Part shown: positions 1-12,385 of the stretch, one piece after another
How positions within the stretch are numbered: position 1 is the first letter of the stretch
Layout: each line of letters opens with the position of its first letter
Assembly: GCF_001194135.2 (NCBI RefSeq)
Contig: NC_068987.1
Span: 60,009,797 to 60,047,599 of the forward strand
DNA length: 37,803 bases
Origin: Octopus bimaculoides
Taxonomy: Eukaryota
Direction: 5' to 3'
Notes under the pieces: generated by a model
The model's database searches: none
The model's input: only the letters and a program-made list of their open reading frames with translations
Told to the model about the DNA's origin: nothing
Made by a program: the position numbers and the translations under genes

Positions 1-150
1 TCCGCAGTAGTGGTTCGAGCGTCAATACATACAGAAGCGCCGACAGGGGACATCCCTGACGGACCGAACGCGTGATGTCGAACGGTTTTGACAGGTGACC
101 GTTTACCCGAATTACCGATCGGATGCCGCTATACAAGGTAGCGATCTGGA
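1..150 (-). mobile_element. L1/Tx1-type non-LTR retrotransposon RT fragment, running off the window edge
   Basis: Stop-free minus frame IATLYSGIRSVIRVNGHLSKPFDITRSVRQGCPLSALLYVLTLEPLLR contains the RQGCPLS RT motif with L1/Tx1-like VNG and EPL flanks. GC/CpG-rich against the AT-rich background. Confidence 0.9.
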
Positions 151-2530
151 CGGATGCTAGTCGCATCGGCTCGCAAGTAAGTTGGCCTTTTATATGTCAA
201 AAATTTTGCAGTTTTAAAATATTTTTTGTGGAAGAGGTGTATAAGTCTATACATTTCGACCCTATTGGATCTTTGTAATAGGAAGTGGCTCCTTCTGGAG
301 TTTATTTCCAAAAGATTTGTAGCATGGGTTGATAAGTATTTGCTGTAGTCTACTTCACACATGTTAACTCATTATATAGTTTTCAGCGATAATAAACGCA
401 TCACAGCAGAATGTACGAGGATTTCGAAATCTTTTATTTGTATGAGCGCTACGCCGCTGAATGGTTGTTAATTCTTCGGTCCTTGGTTGAGCTAAATCTT
501 TGATCTAATTTATTTTACGCTTTCCGGAAGTAGGTACTTATGTTTTCCCGAATGCAATAGACTAAGAGAAGATTTTTATCGGTGCCACCTAATCCGTAAA
601 TTTTTTCTATTCCTTTCGATAATTTTCATTTCGTTTTACTATTATTGCTGATAATAGGTATTTATATTATGCTATTTCATTGTGTTGTCATGTGGTGGAC
701 ATTATCACCATCGTCGTCGTTGTTGTTTTTGTTGAGCTCTGGACCAGCTAAGATCAATAAATTTCAGTTGTGACCATAACGCCTTATCTTCAAGCAGATC
801 GAGTAATCACGTAAAAGTATTCTCGATGCTTAATTAGCACTTGGTAAATCGATGATATATATTTTTTTCTTTTGATTAGAGACAGAGCTTTATTTTTAGG
901 GGTGTCGTTTTAAGGAACTTAAAATAATCATGTATTTTACACAGCAGTAGTTAAGTATATTCTTATCTTGAATAAGAAATATGTCGATAAAGCGACAGTA
1001 TATCGATTCGACCAAATACAACGTTCTGCATAAAACTGTTCGACCGAACACACAACATGATGTAAATCAGATATTCGTATACATAATCTGCTCATCTTTC
1101 AGTTTCTCTAGCAACGCATCCACTCCAAATTTCAATATATTTATTCTATACATCTTGCAATTTCAAGTGAAAATATCTACAAATTCATACTGAAAGTGTT
1201 TGATTAATTTTAAATATTTAAGTTACTGAAACAACATCTCGTATAACTATATAGTATTGTCAACAACATTCACAGTTCCCTTTCAAGTCGCCTACTTCAA
1301 ACCTTGCTAATACATTCTTTCATTATTATATATTTTTTAAAGCTTCAGAGATTATCGGTTTTGTTGTCATTGCAGTTCTACAAGCCTTTTATCTATTTTG
1401 ATATCTTCATCAAAGATAGTACTGAGGGCACGAAAAGTGCTTCGAATAAACAGAACGAGAATAGTGTGTGGATATTTTTTTCAACCTACTTAACATTATG
1501 TTTCAGAGGTAGATACATCAATATCAAACTACATATATTATTCACACTCGTGCTTAGTTTCAATATTTTGAAAATAATAATTAGAAAGTAACCACATGAA
1601 TCCAGCTTATTTTTCTCTTTAATCACACAAAATTTTGCTTTGGAAGAAGGATGTAAATTTTCTGAGTTAATATATTTATTTAAGTTGTTTTAATGTCAAT
1701 GTAGCCATCAATTAAAATGTTGCACTGTCACAACATTGCTATATAACATTCTAATGAAGGAAGCAAACAAAACAGAAACACTAATGGGAACAGTAATGAT
1801 GTGTTACGTTGCAAAAGAGTGGGTGTTATTGAACTCTTTCAGTAGCTGTTTATATAGCCCCAGGTTAGCATTAACTGAGCAGACCTGTAATCAAAAGCGG
1901 TCCATTCACGATCATTCCATCTTTTTAGAGTATCCTAGAATACATCATTTAATGAGTTTTGCTTTGTCCATAGTCAGTGTGCCTACCGTGGGAGACACTG
2001 GTGACTCCACACAATATATTCTTAACATACCTTAAGAATTACCGGTGACTCCTGATAATGAAGCTTTCTATGGAACCTTACATTACTCTGGTTCACATTA
2101 CATTATTCACATTTTAGGGAATGTCCCGAACACGTTTCATTGTATTTCTCGGATGGTTTTCAATTTGAATCAATAGATGCCGAGACATGACACGGCAAGA
2201 AGAATGCAAGTCGCTGTCATCTCCTTCATTTGTTCGCAGTCCGACCATATTATACTTTTTGTGAAAAGAAGTAATTAAAGCTTATATTACATAATCTGAA
2301 ATATATTCTGTAGAAAACAGATCATGAACTGAGGTACGGTGGACGTTTTAATATCTTTTAACATCTGTATCACCGGTAACTCATGCGGTACAAAATGCAT
2401 ATGTATTCTGCACAGCAGGTGTCACTGTTGGTACCAATGCTAAAAATCAGTATGGTAGACTATATAGTAAACTAGAACAAATATATGGTTAAAACATTTT
2501 TTCAAAGAATAAATAATTAATATTCCTTTC

Positions 2531-2629
2531 TACTTAATTTATCGACCCCGAAAAGATAAAAGGCAAAGTCGACCTCGGCGGAATTTGAACTCAGAACGTA
2601 AAGACAGACAAAATACCGCTAAGCATTTT
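2531..2629 (-). mobile_element. tRNA-derived SINE family A, fragment
   Basis: ttatcgaccccgaaaagataaaaggcaaagtcgacctcggcggaatttgaactcagaacgtaaag is the reverse complement of the core in the copies at 11351, 22015, 22225, 25212 and 36896. B box GAGTTCAAAT on minus. Confidence 0.85.
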
Positions 2630-2644
2630 GACTTGAACGAATTA

Positions 2645-2984
2645 TCTGTATAATAAGTGGCAAGATGTGTGTGTGTGTGTGTGTGTGCGTGCGTGCGTAA
2701 ATGTAATTTATGCACGTCCACAAATTAGCACGCATGTCGTTCCAATTTTAGGAGGACATTCGTCATGACCCTAGCTGTATTTTCGTCAACACATTTCCCC
2801 CAGAGGCACCAGCGAATAGCAGTAAAAATAAATTTTCATCCAAAACTTTTAACAATTTTCAAATCGGAGAAATCACCATTGTTTATAAACAGGAGTTAAC
2901 TCCCCTTCTAGCGACGAGTAAGTTTTTGTTGATTAGCTTAATAATCCTAACATCATCCCGGGCAAAGCCGGGCTATACTGCTAG
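2645..2984 (+). mobile_element. Non-autonomous Helitron (340 bp)
   Basis: 5' A|TC at 2644/2645, then an internal (GT)n tract. 3' GC hairpin cccgggcaaagccggg (2957-2972), 8-nt spacer, CTAG (2981-2984) then T. No TSD, as expected for Helitrons. Confidence 0.75.
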
Positions 2985-5934
2985 TTAATAATAAAATCAG
3001 AACACTGGTGCAAAATACAAATATGGCACCAAATGGGCCTGCTAGGCAAAGTTTTAAGGAAGATTTGGCTGCTTGCTCAAGCTTGTCAAGTGGTTTCTTG
3101 CATTCATTATAGTTAGATGGAGAGAATTTACATACAGTACTTCGATGTGATGTGTTTATTTCACTTGATATCTCAAACGTTAAATGAATATATTGTATAT
3201 TTTCATTTGAGCTGCATAAATATCGATTCCCTTCATCAATCTAGGGTGTAGAGCATTGAATATTCTATCATCGAATGTCAATATTTCCTTGTAGAATTGT
3301 AGCCCCAGTTTCTATGTTGCTAAAGTCATGGCGTTTCTTTTAATGTTTGAAAGTGAATATCTTAGTAAGGAATTAGAACATGAAACTACGTAACACATTT
3401 AAATGTAATAATGTATGCATCAGAAACTAATGCAATTTCTATTTGCCTTACTTTCTGATATACCACGCATTTTTCTTTCTAATCTTTAGAGGGTATAAGT
3501 AGTTTCAAAATTGATATCCTCTTAGTATATAAACGTAGTTCTATAGACGATTACTTTACATAAGAATTTGCGATTTGTGTGTAATTCTTAATTTCTCCCG
3601 CAATGTAATTCAGTTATTATGACTTCTTATTTATAAGTCAAGAGAATTTAGGCTTAACAAAATTCAGTAATAAACGGTCTTAGTTTTATTCTTTTGCAGT
3701 TCTTTTGCATTGATTACAATGACTTAAATTAATAAGAAAATAATTACTACATGTCTTCTCAATAATGACGGTTCTACTTTGTATTATTCCACTCGAGTGC
3801 ATTTTCGCTTTACTTGAATACGCCGCCGTCATTGAGGGGCAATTAGTATGACGCGGCAGGTTGCTTTTAATTACGGCATTCAAATTTCATTCAACAAAAT
3901 CTCTGTTTGTTTTACAGTCACAGATAACGACCCCCTTGCTTTTAAAATGGTATTCTTATTGCTTTAACGATCTCAGGTCTGGGTCTCTGTGCTACTGAAC
4001 AAAATACAAAGTGCATATACAACTCAAGAGTAATGATTGCAGGAAAACCAATGGGTAGAATCACAAAAACATTCAGAAAGATAACAATAATAGGCTTATC
4101 TTTCAGCCTACTGCATTTGTTCACCTAAATCACTACTTTCCTCATCACTTTCACCAGTTTCATTATCCGAATCAATTCGTTTGAAGAATAATTATCATCA
4201 ATAACTTTCGTAACTGCAAAGAGTCTAGTCCTTGCTCGTTTACAAGACGGGATTCTGGGTTCATCACAAGCTTCTTTCATCGCAAAATCGTTTTCTTTTT
4301 TGATTAAAACAAAATCAAACATCTGTTTACACCATTAGTAACAAGCCATAAACACACTTGATTACAAAGCTGCACTATGATCAATTGTCTAATTTTTGTA
4401 TTTTATCTTCTTTTTCTACTTGTGCTGTTCATTATCGCATTAGCAGGAGTCCGGCTGAGATGGACTTAAGCTATTACCGCTAGAGCGGGAACACGGCTCG
4501 ACAGGTTTAAAATGGTGATCTGCTATAAATGCTTTACATGATTTCATTGCTAATATCTAAAACGATATTCGGGCTACATAATCCAGGACGAATAATTCGA
4601 GTTATTTAGCATAATTTTGTACGAAGATGCGTTTTACACATGTTCTTGGCAGAATGTCATCCAACAATAAAATTTTTATAACAAAGAATGAATGTTAGTT
4701 CGAAATCTTTTTTTAAAACCCATCTACATAGATGTTTCATTGTTTTATGTCTTTTTGATTGCAGAAGGCGTAATTTTCTGAAATTTTAATTCAATATGTA
4801 CAACACGTTATTTGAAAAAGTAAAGTAAACATTCGTTTGTCTAAAATTTTGAAAGAAATTAAAACCATGATACAATTTAATATATTTCTTAAATATATAT
4901 ATAGAAATATGTATACAAATATTAAAAAAAAAAACTTTCGGAGACAATAGCGGTTTATTGAGACGAAAGGTTGTGGATTTCTTTCTCTCGGCAATAAGTC
5001 TACTTTCTGAATATGTCTAGCTCAAGTACTACAAAACTCTCTAGATTTTCCTTGTAACCTTCCTAAGCTGTTGATAAAGAAATGAGAAACTGTTTCTTGA
5101 CATTTAAGTTGAGATACTTCGGCCCGCTCTTGTTGTTTGAAAGCAGTTTCACCATTGGTGCAATCACATATTTGGCGTGAGAAACTATTGATTGTATATA
5201 CGATATATCTTTTCTCCAGTATCACTGTCACAATGATTATTCACCTTTTAGTCAACATCATGGGGATATTTGTTTCAGACGTCATTGTATCTTCTAGGAA
5301 TCTACCACACTGCAATATGGCTGAAGTCATTATCATCAACACTACCAGAGTAGAAACGAAACAAAACACCAAATAATATAAGCAATATTTTTTTAGTTGT
5401 AGCTATGAAAGGAATTATGAGCATAAAATGCATTTTCGTGAAGTTATGTCCCCAATAACGATCTACAAAATTGCAAAAAATGGCAAAAGAGGATCCCTTT
5501 TTTAGCGATATGAAAACAATCAAATCATTGGAGGACGAACATCATACAAACCTAAGTTGATTTTACGATAAAACAATTATGCCAACAAGCAATATTTGTT
5601 GAACGCAAAAGACCTGTAGATTACGGTAATATCTTCCTAAAAATTATGAGTGTAATTTTTTCTCATAGAAAATGAAAAAGCTGTACAAGTTTGTATATTC
5701 TAGGTCTTTAATAAAAGAGGCATGTTACGGGTATAATGCCTAACAATTCAGCTGACCACTACCTAAGTGTGAGACGGAGACTCACATTTAGGCTGTAGTA
5801 TAGCCGCTATACCATACTATTTTTTGCACACTAGCAATATAGTATCCTTTCTATCATCGATGTTATCCATTTTCTCTATCTTTTAAGAAAGTACATAAAC
5901 ATACACACGCACATAGGCAATTATGCACTCATGT

Positions 5935-5957
5935 ATACACACACAAACACATACACA

Positions 5958-6001
<44 letters not shown>
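5935..6001. repeat. (CA)n microsatellite
   Basis: Seen directly; runs into the gap. Confidence 0.95.
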
Positions 6002-6427
6002 NNNNNNNNNNNNNNNNNNNNNNNNNNNNNNNNNNNNNNNNNNNNNNNNNNNNNNNNNNNNNNNNNNNNNNNNNNNNNNNNNNNNNNNNNNNNNNNNNNN
6101 NNNNNNNNNNNNNNNNNNNNNNNNNNNNNNNNNNNNNNNNNNNNNNNNNNNNNNNNNNNNNNNNNNNNNNNNNNNNNNNNNNNNNNNNNNNNNNNNNNNN
6201 NNNNNNNNNNNNNNNNNNNNNNNNNNNNNNNNNNNNNNNNNNNNNNNNNNNNNNNNNNNNNNNNNNNNNNNNNNNNNNNNNNNNNNNNNNNNNNNNNNNN
6301 NNNNNNNNNNNNNNNNNNNNNNNNNNNNNNNNNNNNNNNNNNNNNNNNNNNNNNNNNNNNNNNNNNNNNNNNNNNNNNNNNNNNNNNNNNNNNNNNNNNN
6401 NNNNNNNNNNNNNNNNNNNNNNNNNNN
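6002..6427. other. Assembly gap (N run)
   Basis: N characters. Confidence 1.
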
Positions 6428-6468
<41 letters not shown>

Positions 6469-6494
6469 TGTGTGTGTGTGTGTGCGTGCGTGTG
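6428..6494. repeat. (GT)n microsatellite
   Basis: Seen directly. Confidence 0.95.
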
Positions 6495-6950
6495 TGGTAT
6501 TTATGCTTGTAGATAGTATATGTAAGACTAGAACCACGTTAGGCGTATATTTTGTCTCAGAGAAACTTCTAAGAGATTTTGCTCAGAATACTGTGGACGG
6601 ATCATCAGGTACAGGCGTTTATATGCATCATTATTTTATTTAAATGCAGTTTCAAATAAGTATATTGATGTGAGTTTAGTATGGCCAGCTTTCAATAAAT
6701 CAGTGAACGTCTTCTTTGTTGATTTTCATATCGGATCAAAGATTTCAGTTCAGCTGAAAATGTTTCCGTGTCTTCGTTGCTGAGAGAACAAATTAGGTCA
6801 ACACACGGTGTCTAGTGATGCACCGTCAGACATACATACACTCATATATATGTATATGTATGCATTATTATATGTATGTATGCATGCATGTATGTATAAA
6901 TCCATCCAGCCATACATACATACATACATACATACATACATGTATATCTG

Positions 6951-7164
6951 TGTGGGTGCGTGGTAAGAAGCTTTATTCTCAAACACATGGTTCCAGGTTC
7001 AGTCCCACTGCGTGGCACGTTGGACAAGTGTTCTCTACTATAGCGTCGGGCCGACCAAAGCCTTGTGAATGGATTTGTCAGACGCAGGCTGAAAGAAGCC
7101 TGTCCAATATATATATATGTGTATATATTTATGTGTGACTGAAACAAGTAAAAGGGTAAAAGAG
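6951..7164 (+). mobile_element. tRNA-derived SINE family B, internally deleted copy
   Basis: tggtaagaagc...ggttcagtcccactgcgtggcac...ggccgaccaaagccttgtga...gaaagaagcc matches 35472-35610, then jumps to the tgactgaaacaagtaaaagggtaaaagag tail. Confidence 0.85.
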
Positions 7165-7200
<36 letters not shown>

Positions 7201-7949
7201 TGTATATAGTTTGAGAGAATAAAACTGACACACACTCAGAAATATATTTGTGTTAAGTCATCCGGGTTTAATCTCTATGTTTCTTTTTTTACTTCAACTT
7301 TCGGATGATGCAAGTTTTACGTTTTCATATTCGCACGATCCTCTTGTACTTTGTAATACTTAATCTATTTTTGCTTTGAGAATCGCATCGACCAACACTT
7401 TTTAACCTAAATCTTTGCTTTCAAAAAACTCCAGACCCATATTTTTTTTAAAATTTCAGTGCGCATAATTTCTTATTTCTTCCATCTTGTACAATGCAAT
7501 AAATATTGTATCACTATGAATGTGTATAGTTTCCAGGTTTCCTAAAGACATTTATGATCAGACATACTTTGTATAATACGTGCATAAACCGTTAAAGATG
7601 GCCATATAATAAAAATAGCAATACAATAATAGCAACATCAACAAAAATGATGTCGTCGAGAAAACAAATGAATAATAAAACCATGTTATAGCTAAAAACC
7701 CAAAGCAACTAAAAACAATTGTTATTCATTTTCGTTTAAACTTTCCATCATTATCTTCTGGAATAGACCTAATAACTCGTACGTTACTATTGGAAACCGG
7801 TCAAGCTAAAAATATATTCACAACATGGTTTAAACATACCTACACATACACACATATACATGCAGGCAAAGAAACATACAAATATGTATATTCTTATATA
7901 TTATATATAGATGTATACATTTATATGTCTGCATATATATATATATATA

Positions 7950-8066
7950 NNNNNNNNNNNNNNNNNNNNNNNNNNNNNNNNNNNNNNNNNNNNNNNNNNN
8001 NNNNNNNNNNNNNNNNNNNNNNNNNNNNNNNNNNNNNNNNNNNNNNNNNNNNNNNNNNNNNNNNNN
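7950..8066. other. Assembly gap (N run) within a (TA)n tract
   Basis: N characters. Confidence 1.
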
Positions 8067-9089
8067 ATATATACATATTCATACATACATATATACAGAC
8101 ATACATACATGCATACATACTTGGACACATACACAAACAAATTCAGACACCTACTGATTTATACACACAAACTTTTGAGGATGGAACACTAAGAATGAAT
8201 CTATTATGGAGTAATAGTAAAGATAAAAATAATGGGATAATATAACAGAAAATAATCTTTGAAACGACATCTCTTTGAAGGGCCTTAGACGTTTTTCATT
8301 TTATTTGATCTCCATAGAATGTGATAACGTTATTGCTATATTTCCATTTTTTTTCTTCTTCCTTAACCAAAGCCTCTATCGTTGAATCCCATTAAGAATT
8401 ATTTCAGTTTTATTTTCTCGCTATCTACAGCTTACTTTCATTACAAATACAGTCTCCCGTCGTTGACATTAAATGGATATTTGACACTCTTACACTATTT
8501 TCTGAATGTTTGTCTTTGTGTATTCTCCCTCTCTCTTTCACTTTCTCTTTCTCAATCCTTCTTTACATTGCCTTTGTGCCTATATGAATATATTTGTGAC
8601 AGCTATCGTCAAAATATTCTCCGTATGATCGTCATCCTCCCTTATACCCCTTAAGTTATAGTGACATACTTTGTTATTTTCTCTTTTATATAATTCGAGT
8701 CTTTTGCCTCATTTCTCTAATATTCTCTCTATATCTATGCCCATATATTTGCGTAACAATTCAACTTGCGCATATATAAAACACCATATTGAAGTGTGCT
8801 GCGTAGTGTCATTTAATGTTTTTATTTTCGTTTCGAATGTTCTTTTGTAGTGGAATGACTTGACACAATATATGAGCAGTCCAAATCAGTGATAGTTATT
8901 GTTAGTTATATTTGTGTGCAGTTCTTGGAATTTAAACTATGGATTTTTGTTTCCCATATTTTTCCATTCTCTGCAAACCAGGTATTATTGCAACTGTTTT
9001 CACATTCTGAATATCTTTATTTCTACATAGCAATACCTATTCACAGCCGTTTGTTGTACATGTAAATACTCTTGGAACCAATTTCCATC

Positions 9090-10085
9090 GATATTCCCGC
9101 TCCAAAACTAGGTACCATATACTTTGCTATAACTGCCTCGTATTCTTCCCAGGGTTGCGATATTGGCGACTATATTTGTTTCAGAACCAGAGGTAAGGCC
9201 TTTCATGTAACTTGCTTCAACGCAAAATCGAAGGCCTTCCAGACCCTTATTCGTGAGCTCCTTTAGGTTTACGATGTAATTCTTACTCAAACCGCGGAAG
9301 ACATTTAAGCTATAATGAATCTCATTTTCTAGAGCATGCGTTGCTTTTGAACTTATCATGGGTCTGAAGAAGACAAACGTCGTGCTCTCTCAGCCTCCAA
9401 GCCAAACCTATGTTGAACCTAGCATCTTCGTCCAGAGTACAAGATGGGTGTAGTCGACTTTTTCGTCAATCCTGGCAGCACTTTCTAGAGATAGATCTTT
9501 TGATTCTGAAATAAATCCAAGGATCGGAAAAAAAAACCCAGCAAATCAGTTGGAATGTTAGAAAATCGTGCGTGATCTGACAGGGTTATCATCAAAACCA
9601 AAAAAAGCATCTATGAATCATGCATCTTAACTGTCTTTTTGTACACTTCTGAGACTTGGGCTATATTGCGTCGTCACATCAAGGCTTTGGAAATGCTTCA
9701 TCAAACATGTCTTAGGAGGATCTTAAATATCAAATGTCATCTCTGACACCAGAGACTTGTTCTTCAGTAAGTGAAAACACCCGGAATTAAAATGCTTCTC
9801 ACACACAGTCAGATGTGTTACACTGGGCAACTTACTAAAATGCAGGTTACTTAAGCAGTTGTTTACGGATGATTGCAACGTACTAAACGTCTGAAGCATA
9901 AACCTATGATACGCTTTTGGGATGCCAGCAAAGCAACATTAACCTTAAGGATTTCAATGTATATATTAATGACTGGGAGTAGATGACGGGAAATCGATCC
10001 GTTTAGAAAGAAGTAATCTACAATGGCTGTAAAGAATTTGAAACACGGAAAATCGAACAATCCATCTCGAAATGCGCACATCGTA
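9090..10085 (+). mobile_element. Decayed RTE-clade LINE (RT and C-terminal region)
   Basis: Translated pieces YICFRTRGKAF...LIRELL*, ACVAFELIMGLKKTNV and KTKKSIYESCILTVFLYTSETWAILRRHIKALEMLHQTCLRRILNIK match the RTE patterns RTDGKLF/IRELLFADD/KKTEV/LLYGSETW. Multiple stops and frameshifts. Confidence 0.85.
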
Positions 10086-10099
10086 AACACAGCTTCTAA

Positions 10100-10838
10100 C
10101 GCTGGAGGTGTACTACAGTGTCAGCTGTTCACTACCAGTCAACTAAGGTAACACCTCTTATTTTTCGAGTACCTTCCGGAGTATTCGAGCGGTTTCAAGC
10201 AGTGCTGTTTTCTAAAAGTGCTCCACCCTTATTGCAGCCCCTATTTGTTCCATTTACTTCTCGAGATTTTTACTCACTGTTCCCAGGGCTCCGACAATTA
10301 TTGGTACTACTACCACTTTCTTCATCGACCACAACTGCTTAACTTCCCAAGCTAACTTGTCATATTTATCGACTTTTCTTTCTTCCTTATTGCATACCTT
10401 ATTGTCAGCTGGACATGCTGTATCTATGATCCAGCATAGTTTGTTTTCTTTCTCAATTAATACTATGTCTGGCTTCCTATTCTCTATCTCATGGTCGCAC
10501 TAAATCATAAAATCCCACATGATCTTTGCATTAACATTTTCGATGATGCCTTCGGGTTTCAGGTCATACCAATCTTTTGCTCTGTCAAGTCCATACTTGT
10601 TGCAAAGTGTCCAATGGACAAGCCTTACTATATTGTCGTGGCGTCTCTTATATTCCTTCTAGGCTAGTGGCGTACATTGACTGGTAATATTCCATACAGT
10701 TTCACCATTTTGTCTTCAGATTCTGCACTTATCACTTTCTGATGTGTTGTCTATTCTGTATTTTATGTAGTTTATTCTTAATGCTTGCTCTTGGGCAGCT
10801 CAGATTAGAGCCTCCGTTTTCGGTTTTAAATCACTATT
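10100..10838 (-). mobile_element. Decayed RLE-type non-LTR retrotransposon (R4/Dong-like), 3' part
   Basis: Minus frame DLKPKTEALI*AAQEQALR...CRI*RQNGETVWNITSQCTPLA*KEYKRRHD...MWDF...NRKPDIVLIEKE...IIDTACP, then after a frameshift KYDKLAWE...VPIIVGALG...TARILRKVL. This is a CCHC knuckle plus PD-(D/E)xK restriction-like endonuclease. Confidence 0.9.
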
Positions 10839-10844
10839 AATATT

Positions 10845-10874
10845 ATCATCATCATCATCACCATCATCATTATC
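10845..10874. repeat. (ATC)n microsatellite
   Basis: Seen directly. Confidence 0.9.
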
Positions 10875-10877
10875 CTC

Positions 10878-11288
10878 TTTACTCGAGGCACTTGCATCAC
10901 AACCATATGTGCGCGACATGGTGCACTCATATAAAGATAAACTGCGCATAACTTTGCAAGTGTGGCCCAGTTAGAATTTTCTACAGGTCGAGTAGCCCAT
11001 CCCGCTCAAAAGGTCCTTAAATAAGGCTTGTTTAAAGATGTTGAACGAAACACCCACGTTTCCAAAGGTGAATTATTCAAACCCCAAAGAATTCCTCTCA
11101 ACACATGGCTATGATGCTCCCCCACTACTTCTGCTCGTGACCAGAGATGTTCATATCACCAGCCACTAAAGGACATGTTCAACTGGTTAAGGTCAAAGAA
11201 CTCACAAACGAATCTGTGGTATTGAACAGAATATTTGCTGTAGCCAATCTTTTATACCACGACAAGACAATGTACATGATAACACATA
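10878..11288. mobile_element. Probable unclassified interspersed repeat fragment
   Basis: Non-coding, higher-GC block inside a TE nest that resembles a repeat I recall from Octopus DNA. Only one copy in the window, so it cannot be verified here. Confidence 0.35.
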
Positions 11289-11350
11289 AAATCAGTTAAG
11301 ATGAGAATTCATTAGAGTTATTGCCTGATACTGCATTAGGGCTACCATTA

Positions 11351-11466
11351 TTAGCAGTACTTCGCCCGTTGTACGTTCTGAGTTCAAATTCCGTCGAGGT
11401 CGACTTTACCTTTCATCGTTTGGGGTCGATAAATGAAGTACGAGTGAAACACTGGTGTCGATGTAA
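11351..11466 (+). mobile_element. SINE family A, fragment interrupted at its 3' end by telomeric repeats
   Basis: tacgttctgagttcaaattccgtcgaggtcgactttacctttcatcgtttggggtcgataaat...cactggtgtcgatgtaa matches the other A copies. Confidence 0.85.
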
Positions 11467-11487
11467 CCCTAACCCTAACCCTAACCC
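11464..11487. repeat. Interstitial telomeric repeat (TAACCC)4, i.e. TTAGGG repeat on minus
   Basis: Four perfect hexamer units. Confidence 0.9.
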
Positions 11488-11989
11488 CACCTAAAGGTTA
11501 AAAGCCATTTAACAATTTGCAGCATAGAAAGCTCAAAGAGAAAAGTAACAAAGTACAACTCGTATAAGTTATTTGTCCTAAGGCGCACCAAGCAGAAATT
11601 TGGAGTCCTAAAAATACCCATTCCCACTTTCATTGCCAAGAGCTAGCCAAGACATCCAGAAATTTCTTCGCTCACTCACAACTGAGTGAGACATTGAGAA
11701 TCACTCAAAACAATAGAAACAAATTGCGATATGATCTAGTAACATCCCCTAGTTACAGTATCATCATACATATTTACGAAAATGGAGACGACACGAAAAC
11801 CAAAAGCGTTCGGATGACTTATTCGCTAAGAAAACAATCGAAATCTCGAAGATGCAACTCATATGAAGACAAAACACTCTTCGCTGATTTAAAACACATC
11901 TCTTATGAACGGAAACAGGTCTCCCACGAGAGATGTCGGAAACGAATAAGAACTCTAGTGCCTATTTCGAAAACCCGCAGTGACTCTGT

Positions 11990-12385
11990 GAAAAAAATAA
12001 GGCAGTTACAGCACCTGAGATACGGGTGGTATAGAGCGCCTGTGCAAGAAAGTAATAACTTGATTAGAAGGTCTTCCCTTTGAGTGTTAAGGCTATAGGC
12101 AAGGCTTGCGTGCGCCTTAGAAACATTTATCGTAACTGGCTGTAAAGTGGGACAATCCTCGGCTCTGGGAGCCGAGGTATATTAATACAGCTGAGGTAGA
12201 ACGCCAACAAAAAGAATATTATAATGTCCAGTTCATAACCTTGTTAAAGGCAGGCTTTAAGGTTTTAGCGAAGGTGTTATCAAATACTTTGCTTCTTATC
12301 CTCAGTGGTTTGGATGGGAAAGCGCAAAAGAAGTACAATCCCCATTAGAGCCATGCATGACAGACTTCATATCATATTATGAGAC
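11990..12385 (+). mobile_element. Decayed L1/Tx1-type RT region (element may extend from about 11488 to about 12800)
   Basis: AVTAPEIRVV, LEGLPFEC, IYRNWL*SGTI...SRGILIQLR and ITLLKAGFKVLAKVLSNTL...AMHDRLHI match the ITxEE/GxDGLP/RPITLLN-xKILAKxL/IHDNLH blocks of L1/Tx1 ORF2. Stops and frameshifts present. Confidence 0.8.

Noticed and set aside
123-182. Apparent first coding exon MPLYKVAIWTDASRIGSQ with a GTAAGT donor on plus (superficially PLAT/lipoxygenase-like)
   Set aside because: The opposite strand is an uninterrupted L1/Tx1 RT frame with the RQGCPLS motif, so the GC-richness and ORF are explained by the retrotransposon.
524-531. ETS consensus CCGGAAGT
   Set aside because: An isolated 8-mer with no supporting promoter context.
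5935-6494. (CA)n and (TG)n facing each other across a gap as a large inverted repeat
   Set aside because: The intervening sequence is unknown and such flanks are typical of short-read scaffolding breaks.
5923-6643. Long ORFs in the track (also 27104-27880, 28841-30373, 30404-31125, 32199-32763, 34087-35058)
   Set aside because: They consist of translated microsatellites and N-runs (HT/CV/YI/X repeats).
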